From: Moraxella nasovis
Lineage (GTDB): Bacteria; Pseudomonadota; Gammaproteobacteria; Pseudomonadales; Moraxellaceae
Direction: 5' to 3'
NCBI RefSeq assembly: GCF_022701215.1
Contig: NZ_CP089976.1
Coordinates: forward strand, 1,830,001 to 1,862,000
Length of the DNA: 32,000 bases
The notes beneath the pieces are model-generated. The model was not told where the DNA came from, did not search any database, and was given only the letters and a program-made list of their open reading frames with translations. Position 1 is the first letter of the stretch. Every line of letters starts with the position of its first letter. Of the stretch, positions 7,249-15,422 are shown piece after piece. The translations under genes and the position numbers were made by a program.

Positions 7249-8667
7249 ATGATTAAGTCATCAATGAAGGATAAAAAGTTTATGATAACAAGCATCACTG
7301 AGCGACAAATCAAAGATGCAGTTCAAGCGTTTTTGACGGCTCAATATGACAAAAAGACAGAGAAAGAGCAAAAGCAACTTGCCAAAGCCATTGAAGAGAA
7401 TGATGTGGCAAAAATTGCTGAAATTAATGCCATTTTGCAACCGTTTAAAGATAAATATCAAAAATCAGCTTGGCTCATTGAAGCCAAAAAAATGGCGGAG
7501 CATGTCCAAGTTGGCACACACGTTTCTAAGGGGGTGCATTCTAGTTCTCGTGGTGATAATGTCAATTTTAATCAAGCAGTTGGGCATGATTTTGTTAACA
7601 CAAAAACGATTGAAAGTCGGTTTTTAGATGCTAATAGCCCACGGGGTGCGATTGATTTGCCGTTGGTGTCATTTTTTGAATGGGAAATTGCCGATACAGG
7701 CGTGAAAATGCGTGAAGCGATTTTGCAAAATTCATCTGCGGTGCAAGCCTGTTTTGCCGATGATTTGGACTTATCCAAGCAATTTCAGCAAACTTTTTTG
7801 GATTGCTTAAATAATCAAATCAAGCAACCTAAAACCCACGAAAGCAATAAACAAATTTTATGGGCATTGACACAAGATACTGATAGTGCTGATGATGGTA
7901 ATGGTTATGTGACTCTTGTCCCATTATATCCTGCTGTTCTCGCCCATGAATTTTTTCAAATGGTGAATCAAAAACGGTATTCTGATGAGAATAAATTGGC
8001 TCGTGATAATCGCACCAAAAAAACAGCCAAACAACAGCCGTATTTGACTATGAAAGACATGGCAACCGTTCAACTTGGCGGTACAAAACCACAAAATGTC
8101 AGCCAACTGATGAGCAAGCAAGGCGGACGCAATTATTTATTACCGTCTATGCCACCGATTTTCCGCCAATCGCAAGGCATTCGCCTATCGCCGAATGAAG
8201 CCAGTATCTTTGCCACTAAAGCGTTGGAATACAAAGCAAAAGACGCACTCCAATCCTTATTTAATCTTATCAAAACCAACTACAACAACGTCAATATTCG
8301 TGATGCTCGCAAAGCAATTTTGTCAGACATTGCCTATCAAGTAATTAGCATGGGCGAAACCTTGCAAACGGTACGTTCTGCAGGTTGGTCAAAAGATTAC
8401 CACAATTTATCTATGAACCAAAAATATTGGCTTGACCCAAAACGTGCCGAATTGGACGGAGAGGAAGAATTTAAATTGGCAAGAGAAACTAAAGATTGGC
8501 GGGCAGCGATTGAAGTCGATTTTGCCAATTGGTTGCAAGCAATTTTTAGACGTGAATTTAAAGCGATTGCCCATGACTTTGCCGACCCAGAGCACCTTGA
8601 ATGGCGACGTGAAATGGAAGATGAAATCAAAAAAGCCCTTAGATTGGGTAAAGGAGGTTTGGCATGA
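7249..8667 (+). CDS. csy1: Cas8f / Csy1, large subunit of the type I-F Cascade (Csy complex)
   Basis: 472-aa ORF in the canonical position directly after cas2-3 and before csy2-csy3-cas6f. The call rests mainly on synteny and size. There are three in-frame ATGs (7249, 7264, 7282). Only 7282 has a good SD (GAAGGA 7266-7271), so the true start may be 7282 (MITSITERQIKDAVQAFL...). Confidence 0.85.
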   Translation: MIKSSMKDKKFMITSITERQIKDAVQAFLTAQYDKKTEKEQKQLAKAIEENDVAKIAEINAILQPFKDKYQKSAWLIEAKKMAEHVQVGTHVSKGVHSSSRGDNVNFNQAVGHDFVNTKTIESRFLDANSPRGAIDLPLVSFFEWEIADTGVKMREAILQNSSAVQACFADDLDLSKQFQQTFLDCLNNQIKQPKTHESNKQILWALTQDTDSADDGNGYVTLVPLYPAVLAHEFFQMVNQKRYSDENKLARDNRTKKTAKQQPYLTMKDMATVQLGGTKPQNVSQLMSKQGGRNYLLPSMPPIFRQSQGIRLSPNEASIFATKALEYKAKDALQSLFNLIKTNYNNVNIRDARKAILSDIAYQVISMGETLQTVRSAGWSKDYHNLSMNQKYWLDPKRAELDGEEEFKLARETKDWRAAIEVDFANWLQAIFRREFKAIAHDFADPEHLEWRREMEDEIKKALRLGKGGLA

Positions 8668-9602
8668 GTTTTATTTATTCAAATCTAAGCTGTATCGGTT
8701 ATGTATTGATTAAAAAAATCAAGATTATCAACGCCAATGCCATTTCTAGCCCATTGACTTACGGTTTTCCTGCGATAACGGGCTTTACAGGAGCGGTTCA
8801 TGCGTTGAGCCGAAAAGTGAGCCAAATTGACGGCTTGGACGATGTGCGTTTGGACGGTGTGTTAATCGCTTGCCACGAATGTCAAGTGCAGACCTACCGT
8901 GAAAGCAGTTATAAAGATTTTACCTTTATCCAAACTCGCAATCCGCTCAAAAAAGATGGCAAAACTGCGTCTATCATTGAAGAAGGGCGGTGTCATTTGA
9001 CGGTGTCATTGGTTATTGGCATCTATGCTGACGATTACTTGGAAGATGAACAAGTTGAATTATTAAATAATAAGGTTAAAGATTTAATTCAACAACAACG
9101 TATCGCTGGCGGTAGTGTCATGGGTCTAGATAAATTTGAGCCTGTGAGTTTTCTAGAACAAGAAGATATTTCTAAATTCGTGCCAAAACTATTGCCTGCC
9201 TTTGTTTTGACCGACGCTCACGACAGCCTGCAAGCGATTACCCAACAATTACAAGCCAAAAATCCTAATGCCACCGCTTTGGACGCTTTATTAGAAACCG
9301 CTACGTTGCACCATGTGCCAAACGATGAACACGGCTCAAGCTGGTCGGTAGAAAGCGTCAAAAAAGGACGTGGGTGGCTTGTGCCAATCCCTGTGGGTTA
9401 TCAAGGCATTTCGCCAAAATTTGATGCAGGTCAAATGCAAAATGCTCGCAATAGCGAATACCCAAGCCAATATGTGGAAGCCATTTATAGTTTGGGTAAA
9501 TGGGTATTTCCTTATTCAATAGAAAAACTTGCAACCGCCCTTTGGTATCAACGCTATGATGAAACACAAGATTTATATTTGGTTAGTCATAAATCGGATT
9601 AA
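8664..9602 (+). CDS. csy2: Cas5f / Csy2
   Basis: 312-aa ORF overlapping the csy1 stop by 4 nt (ATGA coupling). Position and size fit I-F Csy2. The call rests on synteny. Confidence 0.85.
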   Translation: MSFIYSNLSCIGYVLIKKIKIINANAISSPLTYGFPAITGFTGAVHALSRKVSQIDGLDDVRLDGVLIACHECQVQTYRESSYKDFTFIQTRNPLKKDGKTASIIEEGRCHLTVSLVIGIYADDYLEDEQVELLNNKVKDLIQQQRIAGGSVMGLDKFEPVSFLEQEDISKFVPKLLPAFVLTDAHDSLQAITQQLQAKNPNATALDALLETATLHHVPNDEHGSSWSVESVKKGRGWLVPIPVGYQGISPKFDAGQMQNARNSEYPSQYVEAIYSLGKWVFPYSIEKLATALWYQRYDETQDLYLVSHKSD

Positions 9603-9669
9603 CTATAATCAGTTTTAACCAAACCTTTAACAAAATCGTAATTTAACGCCATTTCATAGGAGAATTAAC

Positions 9670-10680
9670 ATGGCAAAAAATGACTTAAAAACCGCATCAG
9701 TCCTTGCTTTTGAGCGTGTACTTGATATTTCGGACGCATTTTTTTGGCAAAAAGACAGTCAAGATAAAGAAAGCAAAACATCCATTGTCACCGTTCAAGA
9801 AAAATCGGTGCGTGGTACGATTAGCAACCGCCTAAAAAATGCGATTGCCAATAACCTTGTCAAATTGGATCCCGAAACACAAAAAGCCAATTTGCAAAAA
9901 GTTGATGCCAGTAGTCTTGATGAAAGCAATGACACATTGGTAGCAAAATTTACTTGCAAGGTGTTGCCATTTACAGGTAAGCCGAATGTGTGTAATGACC
10001 AAGATTACCAACAAGCCTTGATGGCGGTGGTGCAAGATTACCAACAAAATCAAGGCGTGGGCGAACTTGCCAAACGCTATGCGACCAATATTGTCAATGC
10101 TCGTTGGCTGTGGCGAAATCGTGTGGGGGCAGAAACCATCACTGTGATGGTGAGTTTTAACGATGATGCGTTGATGTTTAACGCCAAAGATTTTGCGTTA
10201 AATACCTTTAACCACGATGATAAAGATTTAGCCCAATTAGCTAAATGGATTGAAAGCGGTTTGACAGGCGAAAAATTTGTGATTTTATCGGTTGTCGCTT
10301 ATGCCAAAATCGGCTATGGTCAAGAAGTGTATCCATCACAAGAGCTTATCCTTGATACAGGGAACAAAAAAAGCAAGGTGCTGTACCGTGTTGGCGATGT
10401 TAGTAAAAACCATGCAGGAATGCACTCGCAAAAAGTCAGCAATGCCATCCGCACGATTGATGATTGGTATCCAGATGCTAAGTTTCCGATTGCTGTTGAG
10501 CCGTATGGAGCAGTAACGACTTTGGGAGTAGCGTTCCGCCAACCTAAACAAAAACAAGACTTTTATAGTTTGTTTGATAATTGGGTGCTAAAAGGTGAAG
10601 TCCCAGATATCAATCAACAGCATTATGTCATGGGCGTGTTGATTCGTGGCGGTGTGTTTGGCGAAAGTGGTAAGGAGTAA
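9670..10680 (+). CDS. csy3: Cas7f / Csy3, Cascade backbone subunit
   Basis: 336-aa ORF with an AGGAG SD. Position and size match I-F Csy3 (about 340 aa). Confidence 0.88.
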   Translation: MAKNDLKTASVLAFERVLDISDAFFWQKDSQDKESKTSIVTVQEKSVRGTISNRLKNAIANNLVKLDPETQKANLQKVDASSLDESNDTLVAKFTCKVLPFTGKPNVCNDQDYQQALMAVVQDYQQNQGVGELAKRYATNIVNARWLWRNRVGAETITVMVSFNDDALMFNAKDFALNTFNHDDKDLAQLAKWIESGLTGEKFVILSVVAYAKIGYGQEVYPSQELILDTGNKKSKVLYRVGDVSKNHAGMHSQKVSNAIRTIDDWYPDAKFPIAVEPYGAVTTLGVAFRQPKQKQDFYSLFDNWVLKGEVPDINQQHYVMGVLIRGGVFGESGKE

Positions 10681-11286
10681 GTGATGAATTTCTATCAAGA
10701 AATCACACTGATACCTGATGCTGAAATCTCGCCTTACTTCCTATGGAGTAAGGTGTATCATCAGCTACATATCGCCCTTGCCGATGTCAAAAATAAGCAT
10801 GGCATAGATGGTATTGGGATCAGTTTTCCTAACTATCGTTTTGAGGAAAAAGACGGCAAAACCTTTGCCACGCTTGGCACAAAGTTACGCATTTTTGCCA
10901 ATACCGAAGATGAACTAATAAAGCTTGATGTGAATTATAGGTTGGAGCGATTGACCGACTATGTTCATATCAAGCCAATCCGAGAAGTTGGCAGCCAAGC
11001 AAAAGGCTATGTGGTGGTAAAACGCCATCGCTACAAAAATTTTGACAAACAAGTGGCGAAATTTGCCAAGTTTAAAGGCATAAGTTTGGAAGAATCGCAC
11101 GCCCATTGCCGTGAACACAAGCAACCGATAAAGTATTATCCGTTTATCACCCTAAATAGTGAAACCACCCAACAGCCTTATCAACTGTCTATTTGGCAAG
11201 AAGCGGTGGATTCGCCTGTGGCAGGAAAGTTTAATACATATGGACTAAATAGCCTATCGGGCAGCGTAACTGTACCGCATTGGTAA
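10681..11286 (+). CDS. cas6f: Cas6f / Csy4 crRNA endoribonuclease
   Basis: It aligns by eye with P. aeruginosa Csy4: YQEITLIPDAE~YLDIRLRPDPE, IGISFP~IGVSFP, LRIFA~LRIHA, PFITLNSETTQQPYQLSI~PFVTLRSQSTGQHFRLFI, and C-terminal GKFNTYGLNS...VPHW~GGFTCYGLSKGGFVPWF. The track start at 10681 is GTG. ATG 10684 is better placed after the AAGGAG at 10672-10677. Confidence 0.95.
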   Translation: MMNFYQEITLIPDAEISPYFLWSKVYHQLHIALADVKNKHGIDGIGISFPNYRFEEKDGKTFATLGTKLRIFANTEDELIKLDVNYRLERLTDYVHIKPIREVGSQAKGYVVVKRHRYKNFDKQVAKFAKFKGISLEESHAHCREHKQPIKYYPFITLNSETTQQPYQLSIWQEAVDSPVAGKFNTYGLNSLSGSVTVPHW

Positions 11287-11314
11287 AAGAGTAATGCCAA
11301 ACTTGTAACCTAAA

Positions 11315-11341
11315 ATAGGGGTGAATAACCCTTATTTTTTA
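11315..11341 (+). terminator. Rho-independent terminator after cas6f
   Basis: Stem atagggg (11315-11321) pairs with cccttat (11329-11335), with one G-U pair and the loop tgaataa. A T-run follows (11335-11340). Confidence 0.55.
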
Positions 11342-11458
11342 TTCAATAAAAACTTGTATAAAATTCAATGAGTTATAGCAGGGCTGATTTTTTAGGGTAA
11401 AAATAGGTTTTTACTTGCTAAGCCTTGCTATATGTGGCTTGTTTGTGTTAAAGTTCTA
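11342..11458 (+). promoter_or_regulatory. CRISPR leader
   Basis: A/T-rich, non-coding 117 bp between the cas6f terminator and repeat 1. It contains a -10-like element 'tgtataaaat' (11355-11364). The position is typical of I-F leaders. Confidence 0.7.
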
Positions 11459-13829
11459 GTTCACCACCGTATAGGTGGCTTAGAAAATTGACACACAGGG
11501 CAATGACGGACATGGCAGGTTCACCACCGTATAGGTGGCTTAGAAACGTCTGATTTGCTCTCTGGTGGCGTTTTAGATAGTTCACCACCGTATAGGTGGC
11601 TTAGAAATTACCGCCAAAAAATTGCCCCATAAACGAGCTTGTTCACCACCGTATAGGTGGCTTAGAAAAGATTAGCAAACTTGCCAAACAAGCAGGGATT
11701 GTTCACCACCGTATAGGTGGCTTAGAAATATTTGGGGCATGACTCATACGTTCAACGTATGTTCACCACCGTATAGGTGGCTTAGAAAATACACCACGCC
11801 CATACGCAACGCCATACACCGTTCACCACCGTATAGGTGGCTTAGAAACCCAAGTGTCAAGGTAGTATTTTGGGCTTCGCGTTCACCACCGTATAGGTGG
11901 CTTAGAAACCAAATTTAACCAATGAATTTTCTGACCCTGCTGTTCACCACCGTATAGGTGGCTTAGAAACTTACGCAGGGGGGGGGATTTTTAGGCTATC
12001 GTTCACCACCGTATAGGTGGCTTAGAAAACCAAAAAGCGTAAGCCCTTCACTTGGCGGAAGTTCACCACCGTATAGGTGGCTTAGAAATTGACACTCGGA
12101 AGTGGTGTGATAAAAAAAATGTTCACCACCGTATAGGTGGCTTAGAAAGATAGCAAATGTTCTAAAATCATTTGCTTTTTGTTCACCACCGTATAGGTGG
12201 CTTAGAAATGTGGTGAGTGCGGTTTCAATTGTTTGTAAGAGTTCACCACCGTATAGGTGGCTTAGAAAGTTCATAGCGTACCGCCTTATTGCCCCTGTCA
12301 GTTCACCACCGTATAGGTGGCTTAGAAAAATTAAACACAAGCTAAACATTAAACCCATTTGTTCACCACCGTATAGGTGGCTTAGAAACAATTGCCCTAG
12401 AACGCAGAAAGCAGGACGAGGTTCACCACCGTATAGGTGGCTTAGAAACTAATGTATAAATACAAGTAGAAACCCCCCAGTTTACCACCGTATAGGTGGC
12501 TTAGAAATGCATGAATGGCGGTATGTAGCAATTTTACCCGTTTACCACCGTATAGGTGGCTTAGAAATACTGCACGATTAAGCACGGTTGAGCGATAACG
12601 TTTACCACCGTATAGGTGGCTTAGAAAGTCCCTTGTGCGTTCTGAATACATTAAGTGCAGTTTACCACCGTATAGGTGGCTTAGAAAAAATAAAGTCAGT
12701 GAAATCAAGGGTTTGTAGAGTTTACCACCGTATAGGTGGCTTAGAAAGGTACTATATGCTTTTGAAAGTTTTGCTTTAGGTTCACCACCGTATAGGTGGC
12801 TTAGAAAGCCCATGCCAAATGCGGCATCTTATTGATTTTGTTCACCACCGTATAGGTGGCTTAGAAAAAAGAGGAAACCATTATGGCAAAGTTCACCAAG
12901 TTCACCACCGTATAGGTGGCTTAGAAACGCTTTTTTGCTGTTTTTCGCCCGCCGCGTCGCGTTCACCACCGTATAGGTGGCTTAGAAATATAATAATGCT
13001 GTACTATCAACAACAAAACAGTTTACCACCGTATAGGTGGCTTAGAAATGATTTTATATCTTCATCAGTCATTGGCTCGCGTTTACCACCGTATAGGTGG
13101 CTTAGAAAATGCTTTTTTGACGCTGTCTGACTGAGTGTTAGTTTACCACCGTATAGGTGGCTTAGAAAATGCTTTTTTGACGCTGTCTGACTGAGTGTTA
13201 GTTTACCACCGTATAGGTGGCTTAGAAACCAACGTGCGTTTAATTTTGTCAATGTTCATTTGTTTACCACCGTATAGGTGGCTTAGAAAATACTGCACCA
13301 ACACCTGAGCAGATGAAACAGGTTTACCACCGTATAGGTGGCTTAGAAAACTTGGCGAACATGGCAGGGTCAGGACAATATGTTTACCACCGTATAGGTG
13401 GCTTAGAAAATCATGTGCGTTTCTATGACTTTTTTTGACTGGTTTACCACCGTATAGGTGGCTTAGAAATTAAAATTAGAGCGTGAACGTCAAATCAAAC
13501 AGTTTACCACCGTATAGGTGGCTTAGAAAATTGAATCAACAAGATTTCTAGCAGATGGGTTGTTCACCACCGTATAGGTGGCTTAGAAATTCAGTAAACA
13601 CTCAACTTTTTACACTAACTGGTTCACCACCGTATAGGTGGCTTAGAAAATGATTTGTTTAACAATACCGTTTGGCACACTGTTCACCACCGTATAGGTG
13701 GCTTAGAAATTCAATGTATTTAGCAGACTGCGTAAAGCGTTGTTCACCACCGCATAGGTGGCTTAGAAAAGATGATTTAAGGTGGTGTTATGAGCAACAA
13801 TGTTCACCACCGCATAGGTGGCTTAGAAA
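11459..13829 (+). CRISPR. Type I-F CRISPR array with 40 repeats of 28 nt and 39 spacers (38 unique)
   Basis: The repeat is gttcaccaccgtataggtggcttagaaa, the I-F family (compare P. aeruginosa GTTCACTGCCGTATAGGCAGCTAAGAAA). The unit period is 60 nt and spacers are 31-33 nt. Repeat starts: 11459, 11519, 11580, 11641, 11701, 11761, 11821, 11881, 11942, 12001 ... 13742, 13802. The variants are gttC (R1-17, 23-26, 36-38), gttT (R18-22, 27-35) and gttC with t12c (R39-40). Confidence 0.99.
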
Positions 13830-13941
13830 GTTCTTTGCTTGATGTGTCGTTTTATCAACGTCTTTTAATGCTTTTTGTAATCTTGTTAGTTCATCTGCAT
13901 TTTTCACATCAATAGTAATGCTCATGCGTTTATCTGACATA

Positions 13942-14343
13942 TTACCCCCTTACAAACTCATCTAACTCAAAAACCACATCATCAATCAGCCACCTTGCCA
14001 TAGCGATAGGATTTACTGTTAGCACATCGCTAATATCCTTAACCAACAAAGGTAATGCCACGTCATGATGATAACGCCTAGCACGGCTTACTAATACAAA
14101 CACACGCATAACATCATCAAGCAGTGGATTTGCCACCACTTCATCAGGCAGTGGCAAATTTAACCTTTGGTAAATCTCAATCCGCTTTGGGCTTAATTCT
14201 GACTTTGTTTTTTGCCATTTGCAGTGCTCGATGGCTTTTTTCACAGATTGCACCTGCTCACTGTATTCATGCATCATTTCGCTAAACGTGCTAATTAGCG
14301 TAACTAAAAACTCAGGTAAATCATCACCGATATTATCTAACAC
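13942..14343 (-). CDS. Hypothetical protein, possibly a 5'-truncated gene fragment
   Basis: 133-codon ORF with a GTG start in the track. The frame is open upstream only to a stop at 14380-14382 and has no ATG before codon 23. I recognise no family. It contains a weak Rx4H string (RARRYH). It lies between the array end and the degenerate repeat remnants. Confidence 0.4.
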   Translation of the reverse strand: MLDNIGDDLPEFLVTLISTFSEMMHEYSEQVQSVKKAIEHCKWQKTKSELSPKRIEIYQRLNLPLPDEVVANPLLDDVMRVFVLVSRARRYHHDVALPLLVKDISDVLTVNPIAMARWLIDDVVFELDEFVRG

Positions 14344-14394
14344 AATCAGTAAGTTATCACCGCTAGGCTCTAAGGTTTGCTATTAACTTTGATA

Positions 14395-14476
14395 GTTAAC
14401 CACACAGATGGCTCAGAAAAATCACTGGTTAATTCATTTTCCATCTCCGTTCACCACCACATAAACAGGCTGAAAG
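14395..14476 (+). repeat. Two degenerate CRISPR repeat remnants flanking a 29-nt spacer-like segment
   Basis: 14395-14419 gttaaccacacagatggctcagaaa and 14449-14476 gttcaccaccacataaacaggctgaaag, compared with the consensus gttcaccaccgtataggtggcttagaaa. They have the same orientation as the main array and lie about 565 bp beyond its last repeat. Confidence 0.55.
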
Positions 14477-14748
14477 CTTAAGTTGTCTGATATTTGGTAA
14501 AATAGCTGGTATGTTATAATAACTTTTTTGATATGTGAAATTTTACTGTATCTACTTTGGTTTAAAGTGTTAATGCTAAAAGAGTGGCGATTTTAAATAA
14601 TTTAGTTTGATGATACAGTAGGATAAGCATATGATTAATTGATGTTTTTTATTGGCACTAAGATAGTTAGTATGCTATAAACCGATAAAAGCAGGATTTG
14701 GACTGCCTAAAACTGTGCTATAATACCCCATTTACCTAGGATAAACCG

Positions 14749-15414
14749 ATGAAGTATAATAACGAGATTGTATTTATTGACGCCCCAATGGGCAAGCTTG
14801 AGGTGGAAGTGATTCGTCAAGCAGGCGAGCGGACTTCACAAGATTTTTTGGCAGTAATTTGCCACCAAAATCCAGCAGGCGGCACGATGAATAATAAGGT
14901 TGTCAGTACGCTATTTCGTTTTTGTCGTGATGCAGGTATGGATGTGGCACGGTTTAATTATCGAGGTGTGGGGCGATCCACAGGCGTATCTGACTATGGC
15001 GATGGTGAGTTTGTAGATACGCAGACTGTATTGCATTGGTTGATGGGTCAGACTAAGGCACGGAATCTTTGGCTTGGCGGTTTTTCTTTTGGTGGATTTG
15101 TGGCTTGTCGTATGGCGGATTTATTGCTTAATGGCGGTCAAGGAGAATTTGACTTTAATGAGATTAACTTGCAGAGCTTGGCGTTAATCGCACCATCGGT
15201 GGAAAGAAATGACGCAAGCTCATTGAATGTTGCAACACCAAATGCTTTTATGATTTATGGTGACCAAGACAAGCTTGTAAGCCCTGATGTTATGAAAGAT
15301 TTTGCGACATCAAAAGATATTGACACGACAGTCATGCCAGAAGTTGGGCATTTTTTTCACGGTAAGTTAGTTGAGCTAAAACACGCTTTAGCAGAGCATA
15401 GTATTATAAAATAA
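14749..15414 (+). CDS. Alpha/beta-fold hydrolase
   Basis: 221 aa with the GFSFGG nucleophile elbow (G-x-S-x-G) and an overall small serine-hydrolase layout. An extended -10 'tgctataat' lies at 14718-14726. Confidence 0.75.
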   Translation: MKYNNEIVFIDAPMGKLEVEVIRQAGERTSQDFLAVICHQNPAGGTMNNKVVSTLFRFCRDAGMDVARFNYRGVGRSTGVSDYGDGEFVDTQTVLHWLMGQTKARNLWLGGFSFGGFVACRMADLLLNGGQGEFDFNEINLQSLALIAPSVERNDASSLNVATPNAFMIYGDQDKLVSPDVMKDFATSKDIDTTVMPEVGHFFHGKLVELKHALAEHSIIK

Positions 15415-15422
15415 GGATACTC

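Noticed and set aside
7220-7290. Possible small CreT-like toxin ORF or RNA downstream of the targeted promoter
   Set aside because: The ATGs at 7249 and 7264 are in frame with cas8f and lack a strong SD. I see no separate mini-ORF with a strong SD followed by rare codons and a stem-loop. Autoregulation (CreR-like) fits better, but a toxin is not excluded.
12149-12180. Spacer 12 forms a terminator-like hairpin (agcaaatg...catttgct + ttttt)
   Set aside because: It most likely reflects a protospacer taken from a terminator in foreign DNA. There is no evidence that it functions within the array.
11996-13252. Several ORFs of 60-130 aa on both strands inside the CRISPR array (11996-12391, 12210-12452, 12442-12813, 12588-12779, 12819-13130, 13007-13252), with recurring FLSHLYGGE/K or PPYRWLR/HRIGGLE peptides
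   Set aside because: The periodic peptide motif is simply the translated 28-nt repeat. The 60-nt unit period keeps the frame open. These are not genes.
14544-14620. tactgtatc ... gatacagta inverted 9-mers resembling SOS-box (CTGT/ACAG) halves
   Set aside because: The halves are about 60 nt apart rather than forming a 16-20-bp palindromic LexA operator. It is probably chance in A/T-rich intergenic DNA.
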